Both the position numbers and the translations under genes were made by a program. 64,000 bases of DNA from Vulcanimicrobiota bacterium (lineage in GTDB: Bacteria > Vulcanimicrobiota > Vulcanimicrobiia > Vulcanimicrobiales > Vulcanimicrobiaceae), in contig PMUK01000155.1 in the NCBI GenBank assembly GCA_003166915.1, positions 5,600 through 69,599 of the forward strand. Reading direction: 5' to 3'. The notes under the pieces are model-generated. The model did not search any database. It worked only from the letters and a program-made list of their open reading frames with translations, and was not told the origin of the DNA. Each line of letters starts with the position of its first letter. Within the stretch, counting starts at the first letter, position 1. Below, one piece after another: positions 16,360 through 26,295 of this stretch.

Positions 16360-18102
16360 ATGCACCGTCGAACGTTCACGCGCGTCGCTCCGATGCGTGC
16401 TCGGATCTGCTTTTACGCGTGCGTGTCCGTCGCGCTCTTTCTAGCGTGGCGCCTATGCGACGTGCAGGCCCTCAAGGGACCACTCTATGCAAAGGAAGCG
16501 CTGGCGCAACGCTCCGACACCGTCGAAGTATTCGCGCGCCGAGGCAGCATCCTCGATCGCTACGGCAACGTGCTGGTACGATCGCTTCCTTCCGAAAGCG
16601 TCTACGCGGTACCCCGCGAGATCGTCGATCCGTCGGCGGCGATCGCAAAACTGCAGAGCACTTTCGGCAAGCTGGATCCGTCGGTCGTGACGGCGATGCG
16701 CGACCGGCATCTATGGTTCGTCTGGATCGCGCGCAAGGTTCCGCACGATTTGGCATTGCGGGTTCGGGCTTTAAATCTGCTCGGCGTCGACTTAAAGGAA
16801 GAGGATACGGGCCTGCGCGTCGATACGGCGGGGCGTTTAGCCTCGACCATCCTGGGTTTCGTCGGCACCGACGAAAATGGGCTCGACGGGGTTGAGTATG
16901 CCTACGACGACGTGTTGCGAGGGCACTCCGGGCGCGTCACGCTGGAAGCGGATGAGTTCGGGCGACCGATACCTTTCGGGCGAGAACGCATCGTGTCGCC
17001 GGCACAGCCGGGCTCGAATGTCGAGCTCACCATCGACCCGTACCTGCAGTTCGCCGCCGAACAAGCTTTGCAGGCGCAGGTACGGGCCTATCATGCTCTC
17101 GACGGTACGGCGATCGTTATGGATCCGTGGACCGGCGAGATTCTCGCGTTGGCAAATTCGCCGAATTTCGATCCAAACCGGTTTTGGACGTATGGAGAGG
17201 ACGAACGTCGCGACCGCGCGGTCATGGACGCATACGAGCCGGGCTCGACCTTCAAGCTGGTGACCGCGGCTGCCGCGCTGGAATCGCATAAGGTTGGGTT
17301 GATGTCGCGCTTTCCAGCTCGCGACACAATCGAAGTGGGCGGTCGCACGATTCACAATGCGGAAGACGGGTTCATGGCAGGAACCGGCAGCAGCGAGACG
17401 CTGGAGCAAATCGTCGAATATTCACATAACGTCGGCGCCGCGGAAGTCGGGCTCTCGATCGGATCGAAAACCTTTTACGACATGGAGCGGAAGGCGGGTT
17501 TCGGGACGCCTACCGGCGTCGGCTTATCGGGTGAGAATCCAGGCATCGTGGTGCCGCCGGATCAGTGGAGCGGTTCCTCGCTGGCAACGATGGCCTTTGG
17601 GCAAGGCGTCTCCGTAACGCCGCTTGCCATGGCTCGGTATTACTGCGCGATCGCGAATGGCGGACTCCTGATGCAGCCTCGAATCGTCAGGGCCATATAC
17701 GATCAGCAGGGAAACCTCGTGCGGCGCAATGGGCCGAAAGTCATTCGTCGCGTCTTCTCACGGCGCACGGCCGCGGAACTGCTCGGCTTTCTACGAAGCG
17801 TCGTGCTGCGCGGCACCGGCGACCCGGCCGCGCAGGTCGCAGGATACGCCACCGCGGGAAAGACCGGGACCGCCTCCATGGTTGTTGATGGCCGGTACCT
17901 CGCCGGCTATTACGCCTCATCCTTCATCGGCATGGTTCCCTATCCGCGCGCGCGCTACGTCATCTACGTGAAGGTCGAACGACCGATCGGTTCGTACTAC
18001 GGCAGCGTCGTTGCCGCCCCGGCATTCGCTCAGGTCGCGCGCGCCGCAATGCTGCACGCCGGAATCTTACCGGGTGGCATCGTTGCGCTAAATGGCCGCT
18101 GA
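16360..18102 (+). CDS. ftsI: Penicillin-binding protein (class B transpeptidase, FtsI/PBP3-like)
   Basis: 580 aa with an N-terminal TM and the transpeptidase motifs STFK (EPGSTFKLV), SHN (YSHNVG) and KTGT (AGKTGTA). Confidence 0.9.
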   Translation: MHRRTFTRVAPMRARICFYACVSVALFLAWRLCDVQALKGPLYAKEALAQRSDTVEVFARRGSILDRYGNVLVRSLPSESVYAVPREIVDPSAAIAKLQSTFGKLDPSVVTAMRDRHLWFVWIARKVPHDLALRVRALNLLGVDLKEEDTGLRVDTAGRLASTILGFVGTDENGLDGVEYAYDDVLRGHSGRVTLEADEFGRPIPFGRERIVSPAQPGSNVELTIDPYLQFAAEQALQAQVRAYHALDGTAIVMDPWTGEILALANSPNFDPNRFWTYGEDERRDRAVMDAYEPGSTFKLVTAAAALESHKVGLMSRFPARDTIEVGGRTIHNAEDGFMAGTGSSETLEQIVEYSHNVGAAEVGLSIGSKTFYDMERKAGFGTPTGVGLSGENPGIVVPPDQWSGSSLATMAFGQGVSVTPLAMARYYCAIANGGLLMQPRIVRAIYDQQGNLVRRNGPKVIRRVFSRRTAAELLGFLRSVVLRGTGDPAAQVAGYATAGKTGTASMVVDGRYLAGYYASSFIGMVPYPRARYVIYVKVERPIGSYYGSVVAAPAFAQVARAAMLHAGILPGGIVALNGR

Positions 18103-19564
18103 CCGCGAAATCGCACTGACGGCACTGCTAGATCGGCTGCCGGAGGCACGCGTCACCGGCAACCGCGCGCAACTCATCACGGCCATCGAAATCGATTCTC
18201 GCTCCGCGTCGCCTGGCGCGCTCTTCGTCGCACTGCGCGGCAGCCACACCGACGGTCATCTCTATGTCGCGCAAGCGATTGCGCGCGGCGCGTCCGCCGT
18301 CGTCGTCGAGGAGCGCGCGCGCGTAGCAGAATCCAAGCACGCTGCCGTCATTCGAGTTGCGGATTCTAAGCGGGCGCTCTCCGTTCTCTCCGCGGCATTT
18401 TATGGAGACCCCTCGCAATGCCTCGACGCGATCGGCGTCACGGGAACGAACGGTAAAACGACGACGACGCGAATGGCAGCGGCGATTCTCGATGCGGCCG
18501 CCATACCGTGCGGCGTCATCGGCACCATCGGTGCGCAGCTTGGTTTGCGGCGGTGGCAGCTGGGCAATACGACGCCGTTGCCGCCCGAGCTGCACGGCGT
18601 GCTGGCCGCGATGCGGGACGATGGCGCGCGAGCGGTCGCCATCGAGGTCAGCTCCCACGCACTTGCGCTCGAGCGCGTCGAGGACGTTCGTTTCCGAGTC
18701 GCCGCCCTGACCAACGTCACGCGCGATCATCTCGACTTTCACGAATCGCAGGACGCCTACGCCGCAGCGAAGCGCCATCTGTTCGCATTGACGGGAAGCT
18801 GCGTTCTCAACGTTGACGACGACTACGGCCGGCGGTGGGCTCTCGAACTCTATCGCGAGGGACGCCAGGTCATCACCTACGGCAGTGCTTACGCCGCGCA
18901 TCTGTCGCCGCAGGAGATCGTGCTCGAGCCAACCGGAAGCCGCTTTACGGTCAACGGTCAACCCTACGAGCTGCATCTTCCCGGACGGTTTAACATTTGG
19001 AACGCACTGGCCGCAATCGGCATCGCCCAGGTCTTTGGTATCGCCGACGCCACCATTGCGCGCGGGTTGGCGGCGCTGCGGCACGTGCCGGGAAGGATGG
19101 AGCGCCTCGGAGGCATGGGAATTGACGTCGTGGTGGACTACGCGCATACGCCCGACGCTCTCGAGAATGCCTTACGAGCGCTACGCGAGACGACCGCGGG
19201 CGCGATTGCGATCGTCTTTGGGTGTGGTGGGGACCGCGATCGGGGAAAACGCGCCGAGATGGCTGCCGTTGCCGCGCAACTCGCCGATCGGCTCTACCTG
19301 ACCAGCGATAATCCGCGCAGCGAAGAACCGCGTGCGATCGTGGACGACATGCTCGCCGGCATCCCAAGCGGGGTTAGGCACTACGTAGAGCTCGATCGCC
19401 GTCTGGCGATCCGGCGCGCCGTGGCAGAGGCGCAAGCTGGGGACGTCGTGCTCGTCGCCGGCAAGGGGCACGAGGCCCATCAGATCGTCGGCGAGCGGAT
19501 TCTCCCGTTTGACGACGCGGCCGTCGCACGTGAGGCACTGGCGCTGCTGGGTGCGCCGCGATGA
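18092..19564 (+). CDS. murE: UDP-MurNAc-L-Ala-D-Glu:meso-diaminopimelate ligase
   Basis: 490 aa with the Mur ligase P-loop GVTGTNGKTTT. The DNPR motif (LTSDNPRSEEP) indicates meso-DAP specificity. Confidence 0.93.
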   Translation: MAADREIALTALLDRLPEARVTGNRAQLITAIEIDSRSASPGALFVALRGSHTDGHLYVAQAIARGASAVVVEERARVAESKHAAVIRVADSKRALSVLSAAFYGDPSQCLDAIGVTGTNGKTTTTRMAAAILDAAAIPCGVIGTIGAQLGLRRWQLGNTTPLPPELHGVLAAMRDDGARAVAIEVSSHALALERVEDVRFRVAALTNVTRDHLDFHESQDAYAAAKRHLFALTGSCVLNVDDDYGRRWALELYREGRQVITYGSAYAAHLSPQEIVLEPTGSRFTVNGQPYELHLPGRFNIWNALAAIGIAQVFGIADATIARGLAALRHVPGRMERLGGMGIDVVVDYAHTPDALENALRALRETTAGAIAIVFGCGGDRDRGKRAEMAAVAAQLADRLYLTSDNPRSEEPRAIVDDMLAGIPSGVRHYVELDRRLAIRRAVAEAQAGDVVLVAGKGHEAHQIVGERILPFDDAAVAREALALLGAPR

Positions 19565-20946
19565 GAGTGCCGCTCGACCGTGCGATCGCCGCATCGGGAG
19601 CTACGCTCGTTGACGGCGCTGCCGCGCCTGCCACACTGCGCATCGGCACCGACACGCGAAGCATCGAGCCGGGCGATGCATTTGTGGCCTTGCACGGCGA
19701 GCGTTTCGACGGAAACGATTTCACCGCCGAAGCGGTGCGGCGCGGCGCGGCGCTGCTCGTGCTCGACCGCCCCGCGGCGCGAGTTACCGTTGTCCCTACG
19801 ATGCTGGTGGAGCGAACGGACCGCGCATACATGGCATTCGCGCGCGTTGCTCGCGAGCTCTTTGACGGGCTCGTCGTCGCAGTTACCGGAAGCACGGGCA
19901 AGACGACCACCAAAACGTTCCTCGCACAACTCTGCGCCGCGCAGTACGGGGATCGCGTGCTCGCGTCGCCCGGCAACGAAAACAACGAGATCGGCGTGAG
20001 TAAGCTGCTGCTGGGCGCGTCGAATGAGGCACACGACGTCGTGATCGCCGAAATGGGTGCGCGACGCGACGGCGACATTGCGATCCTCGTCGATATCGCC
20101 CGGCCACACGTTGGAATCCTGACCAACGTCGGTGAGGCGCACGTCGAGATCATGGGCTCGCGCGAGCGTTTGGCCGAGACGAAGTGGGCACTCTTCTCAC
20201 GCGGTGCGTGGGCCGTTCTCAATGCAGACGACGAGGTTTCGGTCGCACGCGCTCCGATGCTGCCGCAGCCACCCTCGTGGTTCGCCGCTGTGGGGAGTGA
20301 GCCGGCGCCGCAGCTGCGTTCGGCGTTCGAGCCGCTTACCGCTTTGGTCGGCGAGCGCCGCCTGCTCGTGCGTGACCGAGGCGTCCGGTCAGAGTATGAG
20401 ATCGAAGCGCACGTGCCCGGCCTGCACAATCGCGTCAATCTTGCGGCGGCAATCGCCGGTGCGCGCCGGCTTGGGGTTTCGCTCGAGCGCTTGATTCCCG
20501 AGATTCCCGTTCTGCAGTTGCCGCCGGGCCGGTACGACCGCGTCGCCATTGAAGGTGGCCCGCGCGTCATTTACGACGCTTATAATGCAAATGCGAGCGG
20601 AATGATTGCGGCGCTCGACGCCTTTGCCGGCGAAACGGCCTCGCGCCGAATCGCCGTGCTCGCGAGCATGGCGGAACTCGGCGATGAATCGCAGAGCTTG
20701 CACGAGCGTGTGGGCGCGCACGCCGCCGGCAAGGTGGACGTGCTGCTCGTCGGTGGAGATTTCGCTGCCGCGCTTGCGCGTGGCGCCCAACGCGCCGGTC
20801 TCGATGCTTCGCGCATCGTGCTGGTCAGGAACAACTCGCACGCCGCTGCTTGGCTGCGCGAGCACGCGACCGGCGACGACGCGATCCTCTTGAAAGGCTC
20901 TCGCAAATACAAGTTGGAGGAGATCGTCGAGGAGCTGTACGCATGA
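19561..20946 (+). CDS. murF: UDP-MurNAc-tripeptide:D-Ala-D-Ala ligase
   Basis: 461 aa with P-loop VTGSTGKTTTK. The ATGA overlap with the murE stop is at 19561-19564. Confidence 0.93.
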   Translation: MRVPLDRAIAASGATLVDGAAAPATLRIGTDTRSIEPGDAFVALHGERFDGNDFTAEAVRRGAALLVLDRPAARVTVVPTMLVERTDRAYMAFARVARELFDGLVVAVTGSTGKTTTKTFLAQLCAAQYGDRVLASPGNENNEIGVSKLLLGASNEAHDVVIAEMGARRDGDIAILVDIARPHVGILTNVGEAHVEIMGSRERLAETKWALFSRGAWAVLNADDEVSVARAPMLPQPPSWFAAVGSEPAPQLRSAFEPLTALVGERRLLVRDRGVRSEYEIEAHVPGLHNRVNLAAAIAGARRLGVSLERLIPEIPVLQLPPGRYDRVAIEGGPRVIYDAYNANASGMIAALDAFAGETASRRIAVLASMAELGDESQSLHERVGAHAAGKVDVLLVGGDFAAALARGAQRAGLDASRIVLVRNNSHAAAWLREHATGDDAILLKGSRKYKLEEIVEELYA

Positions 20947-21659
20947 GCCTTGCGGTATCGACGCTGACGGTGATGCGGCGCGAAACTCCCGAGGGGTTGA
21001 AGGCCATTCCAATACGGACGCGCTTGGTGCGGCCCGGCGACGATCTGATCGAGCTCGTTTCGAGAGCGGTAAGCGGCATCGCGAGGACCGGCGACGTCGT
21101 CGCGGTTTCGGAGACAGCTCTTGCGATCGCGCAAGGCGAGTTCGTCGTAGCCGAGCGCGTGCGGCCGTCGAGGCTCGCGTATATGCTGTGCCGTTATGCG
21201 GGGCCGATGGCGACGATCAGTCAGCCGGAGTCCATGCAGCTCGTCATCGATCGGGTCGGATATCCAAGAGCAATGTACGCAACTTTCGTGCACCTGGTCG
21301 GTCGTCTCTTCGGGCGCCGCGGCGTCTTTTACGAGTTGATGGGCGAGGCGATTGCGGCCTTCGATGGCTACACGGGGACGATGCCCCCGTACGAGCGCGC
21401 CATCGTCTTTGCTCCGCGCGATCCCGACGCATTCGCGCGAGGCTTTGAGCGGCGCAGCGGCATCGAGTGCGCCGTCGTCGACGCGAACGACTTGGAGAAA
21501 GCGAAGATTCTCGGGGCGTCCGGCAACGTTTGCGCAGCCTGCGTCGAGCGCGCGCTGCTCGACAATCCGCACGGCAACAGCGACGAACAGACTCCCGTCG
21601 TCGTGCTCAAATGGCGCGGCTCCGGCAGCAATCCGCTGCTCCGGGACGGGGCCTCGTGA
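20943..21659 (+). CDS. F420-0:gamma-glutamyl ligase-fold (CofE/COG1478-like) protein embedded in the dcw operon
   Basis: 238 aa starting at the internal ATG (MSLAVSTL...). The ATGA overlap with murF is at 20943-20946 and the GTGA overlap with mraY is at 21656-21659. The by-eye CofE/FbiB-N pattern is: IRTRLVRPGDDLIELVS, GDVVAVSETALAIAQG, GIECAVVDANDL, DNPHGNSDEQTPVVVLKW. Confidence 0.6.
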   Translation: MSLAVSTLTVMRRETPEGLKAIPIRTRLVRPGDDLIELVSRAVSGIARTGDVVAVSETALAIAQGEFVVAERVRPSRLAYMLCRYAGPMATISQPESMQLVIDRVGYPRAMYATFVHLVGRLFGRRGVFYELMGEAIAAFDGYTGTMPPYERAIVFAPRDPDAFARGFERRSGIECAVVDANDLEKAKILGASGNVCAACVERALLDNPHGNSDEQTPVVVLKWRGSGSNPLLRDGAS

Positions 21660-22618
21660 ACGCCTCGACGCTCTTGATCTGGATGCTCGTTGGCTTCGTG
21701 GTCGCCGTTCCGGCGGGTCTGACGTTACTATTGCTCGCCGCTCGCCTCGGCGTTCGGCAGCACGCGTACGAAGATGCGCCACAAACGCATCGGGTCAAGA
21801 CGGGGACTCCAACCATGGGTGGCCTCGTTTTTGTCGTCGCGCTTCTTGCCACGCTGGTCGCCGGCCGCGTCGCGCTGTTACCGGAGCTGGTAGTTCTGGT
21901 CGTGAGCTGCGCCATAATCGGCGCCATCGACGACATCCTCACCGTGCGCGGGGGCGCCAAGCGCGGCTTGCGGGCGCGCACGAAGCTCCTGGCAACCGCG
22001 CTGATGGCCGTGATCTTCCTGCGCGCGATCGACGGTAGCTCCGCACTATTCCCTCGGGATACGCTCTTTCATGCCGGAACGTTGTGGCTGACGGCGCCGC
22101 ATTGGGTTTGGCTGCTGCTGGGAACGCTCGCCATTACGGGCACGATTCACGCGGTCAATCTCACGGACGGTCTCGATGGCCTGGCCACGGGAACGGTAAT
22201 TCCGCCGCTAATCGTTCTCGGGCTCGTGTCCGCGCAGTCCAGCGTGCCTGCGGCGGCAATTGCCGCATCGGCCGGCGCCGGCGCTTGCGCGGGCTTTTTG
22301 ATCTTCAATCGGTATCCGGCGAAGCTCTTCATGGGCGATACGGGCTCCCTAGCGCTGGGTGCACTCCTCGGCGGCGTGGCGATTCTCAGCGGCGAGATGC
22401 TGCTGCTCCTCGTCGTGGGCGGCGTCTTCGTCGTGGAAGCGCTTTCGGTGATCCTTCAAGTCTCGTATTTCAAAGCGACCCGAGGCAAGCGCATCCTGCG
22501 CATGAGCCCGCTTCACCATCATTTCGAGTTGGGCGGATGGCTCGAAACCAAAGTCACGGCTCGCTTTTGGCTTGCATCGCTGATCTGTTCGCTGCTAGGA
22601 TGGACCATCGTTCGATGA
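21656..22618 (+). CDS. mraY: Phospho-N-acetylmuramoyl-pentapeptide transferase
   Basis: 320 aa from GTG 21656 (VNASTLLIWML...). Motifs include KTGTPTMGG, AIIGAIDD, NLTDGLDGLA, FMGDTGSLALG and HHHFE. Confidence 0.93.
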   Translation: MNASTLLIWMLVGFVVAVPAGLTLLLLAARLGVRQHAYEDAPQTHRVKTGTPTMGGLVFVVALLATLVAGRVALLPELVVLVVSCAIIGAIDDILTVRGGAKRGLRARTKLLATALMAVIFLRAIDGSSALFPRDTLFHAGTLWLTAPHWVWLLLGTLAITGTIHAVNLTDGLDGLATGTVIPPLIVLGLVSAQSSVPAAAIAASAGAGACAGFLIFNRYPAKLFMGDTGSLALGALLGGVAILSGEMLLLLVVGGVFVVEALSVILQVSYFKATRGKRILRMSPLHHHFELGGWLETKVTARFWLASLICSLLGWTIVR

Positions 22619-24015
22619 CCGATACGCTTGAACTTCGTGCCGGCGACGCGATACTCGTCATAGGCTTGGGCCTCAGCGGATTAGCGAGCTTGGAAATTCT
22701 CGCTCACCACAACGTCCGGCTCTATGCGACGGACGAAAAGCCTCCCGAAGCGTTGAATGAGGCGATCGCGGCGGCAGAGTCGTTTGGCGCGCGCTTCGTG
22801 GAGCCCGGCGCACTCGATGCCATCCTTCCAACGATTTCCTGGGCGGTGCTCTCACCCGGCGTTCCACCGATATCGCCAGTCGTCCGCGCCGTCCATCGGG
22901 CGAACGTTCCGGTTATGGGAGAAATCGAGCTCGCGTATCGCCTTTGCAAAGCGCCGATCGTTGCCGTCACCGGAACCAAAGGTAAGTCGACCACGACGGC
23001 GATGATCGGACATTTGCTTCGCGGTTGCGGTCTGACGGCCAGAGTCGGCGGCAACATCGGCAATCCCCTCATCAAAGAGATTGCCGGAGCGACGTCCAAA
23101 GAATGGATCGTAGCCGAAGTCTCGTCGTTCCAGCTCGAGACGATTCGCGCGTTCAAACCTCGCGTTGCCGTTTTACTCAACATCGCGCCGGATCATCTCG
23201 ACCGCTACCCCTCGATGGACGAGTATACGGAAGCGAAGTATCGCATCTGCGCCAATCAATCGATGAGCGATTGGTTCGTCGGCAATCTGGACGATCCGCG
23301 GATCGAAGCCCTTGCGTGGCGCCACGGCAACGCTCGCGTCCAAGCACGCCAGTTGTGGTTCACGCGCAACGGGAGCGAACGAGCCACGATGTACTTGCGC
23401 GACGGCGTCGTGACCTACGCGCCGGTCACCGGCGATCCACGTCCGATCCCGCTCTTACCGTGCAGCGAAATTCCATTGCGGGGCGAGCATAACGTAGAGA
23501 ATGCCATGGCGGCGCTGCTCGCGGCGCTGGCCGTCGGCTGCGATCCCGCTTCGTTGCGAGTCGCGATTCGGTCGTTTGCGCCGATGCCGCATCGTCTCGA
23601 GAGGGTCGCCGAAATCGACGGCGTGCTCTACGTCGACGATTCGAAATCTACGGTCCCGACCTCGGTGGTCGCGGCACTGCGCAGCTACGACCGGCCGATC
23701 GTTCTCATTGCGGGCGGCCGCTCGAAAGGCATCGGATTCGACGCGCTCGGGTCGGCGATCGCGCAACGCGTCAAGGCGCTGGTCGCAATAGGCGAAACGG
23801 CGGCCGAAATTCGGCAAGCCTCCGGCGACGTCCCGGTCGTCGAAGCGTTCTCCATGGAAGAGGCCGTGCAGCGCGCGCGCGAGCTGGCCGCGCCGGGCGA
23901 CGTCGTTTTGCTCTCGCCCGGCTGCGCGTCGTTCGACATGTTCGCTTCAGCAGAGGATCGCGGCGAACAGTTCAGCGCTGCCGTCGCATCGCAACGGGAG
24001 CCGGCGGGTGCATAA
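22615..24015 (+). CDS. murD: UDP-MurNAc-L-Ala:D-Glu ligase
   Basis: 466 aa from ATG 22615 (ATGA overlap with mraY; an in-frame ATG also exists at 22600). Motifs include VIGLGLSGLA and VTGTKGKSTTT. The upstream 530 nt of the track ORF overlaps mraY and is rejected. Confidence 0.93.
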   Translation: MTDTLELRAGDAILVIGLGLSGLASLEILAHHNVRLYATDEKPPEALNEAIAAAESFGARFVEPGALDAILPTISWAVLSPGVPPISPVVRAVHRANVPVMGEIELAYRLCKAPIVAVTGTKGKSTTTAMIGHLLRGCGLTARVGGNIGNPLIKEIAGATSKEWIVAEVSSFQLETIRAFKPRVAVLLNIAPDHLDRYPSMDEYTEAKYRICANQSMSDWFVGNLDDPRIEALAWRHGNARVQARQLWFTRNGSERATMYLRDGVVTYAPVTGDPRPIPLLPCSEIPLRGEHNVENAMAALLAALAVGCDPASLRVAIRSFAPMPHRLERVAEIDGVLYVDDSKSTVPTSVVAALRSYDRPIVLIAGGRSKGIGFDALGSAIAQRVKALVAIGETAAEIRQASGDVPVVEAFSMEEAVQRARELAAPGDVVLLSPGCASFDMFASAEDRGEQFSAAVASQREPAGA

Positions 24016-25177
24016 CGCGGCGGCGCTTCGAGCCAATCGAGGCATGGAGCGCAAAACCGGCCTGCGTTCGTACGTTGCGGCGCCGCTGGACCTGTGGCTC
24101 TTCATTTCGGTCGCCGTGTTGGTCGCCATTGGCCTCGTCATGGTTTTCTCGGCGTCGAGTGCCACGGCGTACGCCGAGCATGGTGACGTCGCCTACTACC
24201 TCAAACGGCAATTGATATGGCTCGTGGTTGCGCTGGGCGCTGCGTATCTGTGCTACCGAATCGATTATCAGCGCCTGCGCCGCGCGGCGCCCTATCTCTT
24301 AGTCGCTGCGATGGTCGCGCTGGCGCTGGTCTTCGTTCCGCACGTCGGGCTGGGGGTGAACGGCGGGCGCCGGTGGATCGGCACGGCGGGCTTGAGTTTT
24401 GAGCCGTCGGAGTTTTCTAAACTCGCTCTGGTCATCTATCTGTCGGCGGTCTTGTCGTCGAGAGGCGAACGGATCACCTCGCTTGGGCGCGGGCTTTTTC
24501 CGCTTTTTGTTCCGGTCGCAATCATGGGGGTACTGGTACTCAAGGAGCCGGATATGGGCACCGCGAGCCTGCTCTTCTTTACGGCGTTCGCGCTCCTGTT
24601 TGCCGCCGGTGCACGCGTGATCCATCTGGCTGCAATCGCGCTAACGACGGTTCCGTTTGCAGTCTTGACGGTGCTGGCCAGCCCATACCGGCGAGCGCGC
24701 GTCTTTGCGTTCGTCGATCCTTGGAAGGATCCACTCAACACCGGCTTTCACATCGTCCAGTCGCTCCTGGCCCTGGGGAGCGGAGGAATCTTCGGCGTTG
24801 GGCTGGGCGCCTCGCGCGCGAAGTTTTTCTATCTGCCCGAGCAGTACACCGATTTCATCTTCTCGGTACTCGGCGAAGAGCTCGGTCTCATCGGTACGCT
24901 CGTCGTAGTGGCGCTTTTTGTGACGCTGGCATACCGCACCATCAAGATCGCATTGGCGGCGCCCGACCGGTTTGGGTTCTTTCTCGCGATCGGATGCGGC
25001 GCGATGATCACGATTCAGGCCTTCGTGAACATCGGCGTCGTTTCGTCGTCGTGGCCGGTGACGGGCGTTCCACTACCGTTCATTTCGTTCGGAGGAAGCT
25101 CCCTGGTCGTTAATCTTCTTGCCATTGCACTGATTGCCAATGTGGGTCGCCATCGCAGAGTCCACGCAGCCCTGTGA
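24008..25177 (+). CDS. ftsW: SEDS-family peptidoglycan polymerase/lipid II flippase FtsW
   Basis: 389 aa with about 10 TM and SEDS motifs (RWIG...FEPSEFSKLAL, PDMGTA, FYLPEQYTDFIFSVLGEELG, PLPFISFGGSS). Confidence 0.9.
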   Translation: MHNAAALRANRGMERKTGLRSYVAAPLDLWLFISVAVLVAIGLVMVFSASSATAYAEHGDVAYYLKRQLIWLVVALGAAYLCYRIDYQRLRRAAPYLLVAAMVALALVFVPHVGLGVNGGRRWIGTAGLSFEPSEFSKLALVIYLSAVLSSRGERITSLGRGLFPLFVPVAIMGVLVLKEPDMGTASLLFFTAFALLFAAGARVIHLAAIALTTVPFAVLTVLASPYRRARVFAFVDPWKDPLNTGFHIVQSLLALGSGGIFGVGLGASRAKFFYLPEQYTDFIFSVLGEELGLIGTLVVVALFVTLAYRTIKIALAAPDRFGFFLAIGCGAMITIQAFVNIGVVSSSWPVTGVPLPFISFGGSSLVVNLLAIALIANVGRHRRVHAAL

Positions 25178-26295
25178 CCGTCGTTTTTGCCGGCGGCGGT
25201 ACCGGAGGCCATCTCTATCCGGCGATCGCCATTGCCGACGCGCTGAAGCCGCGCGCAACGATCGCCTTCATCGGGAGCGCCGACCGGCTCGAAACGACCA
25301 TCGTGCCGAAGGCCGGTTATCCGCTGCACACGGTCTCCGCTCACGCGTTGCCGCGACGCCTATCGTTCGATCTTCTTCGCGCCATCGCGCGTAACGTCAA
25401 GGGAACGCTCCAAAGCCTTACGCTCTTAGCGGCGGCGCGCCCCGATCTCGTCGTCGCAACGGGCGGCTACGTCTGCTTTCCGGTCGCGCTCGCGGCGCGC
25501 ATCCGGCAACTCGTTGGGCTCTCGCGCGCCCCGATCGTCTTGCTCGAACCCAATCTCGCGCCGGGCGTAACCACTCGGTTGCTGGCGCCGATCGTCGACG
25601 AGATTTGGGGTGAATGCGGCGGTTTTGCGCGGCGGTTGCGGGCCAAATGCCGGCCGACGGGCGTTCCCATTCGCTCTTCCTTACGAAGCTTGCCGTCGCG
25701 CGCAGAGGCCGCCTCCCGCTTGGGGCTCGACCCAGCCAAGCCCGTGCTTCTGGCGATCGGCGGCAGCCAGGGCGCGCGCGCCATCAACGACGCGCTGGTG
25801 CGCGCGTTGCAAAGCGACGCGCTCCCACGTAACTGGCAGGTGCTTGCGCTCACGGGTGCGGCGGAGTACGCAAAGGTTTTCACCGCCGTGCGGACGGCCA
25901 AAGATGTCGCCGCGGCGGCGTTCGTGGCGCGACCCTATCTCGACGAGATGGGCGACGCATACGCCGTCGCGGATCTGGTTTTAGCGCGGGCCGGAGCGTC
26001 AACGCTCGGGGAGCTGGCGGCGCTTGGTAAGCCGGCGGTTTTGGTGCCGTATCCATTCGCAACGGAGGCGCATCAGCGAGCCAATGCGACGCGCTTTGAA
26101 GCTGCCGGCGCCGCACTCGTGATGACCGACGAGCAGCTTGCATCCGGAGCCTTGCCCGCCGTGCTTGCCGAGGCAACGGCGCCGCAGCGCTTGGCTTCAC
26201 TTTCGGCTAACGCTCGTCAGCTCGGTCAAAACGATCCGCTGGCGCAGATTCTTGCGCGGATCGATTCGCTGGTTTGCGGAAGGGGCGCGGGGTGA
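25174..26295 (+). CDS. murG: UDP-GlcNAc:lipid I GlcNAc transferase
   Basis: 373 aa with the N-terminal FAGGGTGGHLYPAIA motif and a C-terminal GT28 region (RAGASTLGELAALGKPAVLVPYP). GTGA overlap with ftsW. Confidence 0.93.
   Translation: MTVVFAGGGTGGHLYPAIAIADALKPRATIAFIGSADRLETTIVPKAGYPLHTVSAHALPRRLSFDLLRAIARNVKGTLQSLTLLAAARPDLVVATGGYVCFPVALAARIRQLVGLSRAPIVLLEPNLAPGVTTRLLAPIVDEIWGECGGFARRLRAKCRPTGVPIRSSLRSLPSRAEAASRLGLDPAKPVLLAIGGSQGARAINDALVRALQSDALPRNWQVLALTGAAEYAKVFTAVRTAKDVAAAAFVARPYLDEMGDAYAVADLVLARAGASTLGELAALGKPAVLVPYPFATEAHQRANATRFEAAGAALVMTDEQLASGALPAVLAEATAPQRLASLSANARQLGQNDPLAQILARIDSLVCGRGAG

Noticed and set aside
18128-21782. Series of 339-400-aa minus-strand ORFs (18128-19147, 19374-20570, 20580-21782) opposite murE, murF and the CofE-like gene, and similarly 27515-28570 opposite murB
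   Set aside because: Their translations are Arg/Ala/Pro-rich with no motifs. They fully overlap genes with clear Mur-ligase and MurB signatures on the other strand. They are a high-GC artefact.
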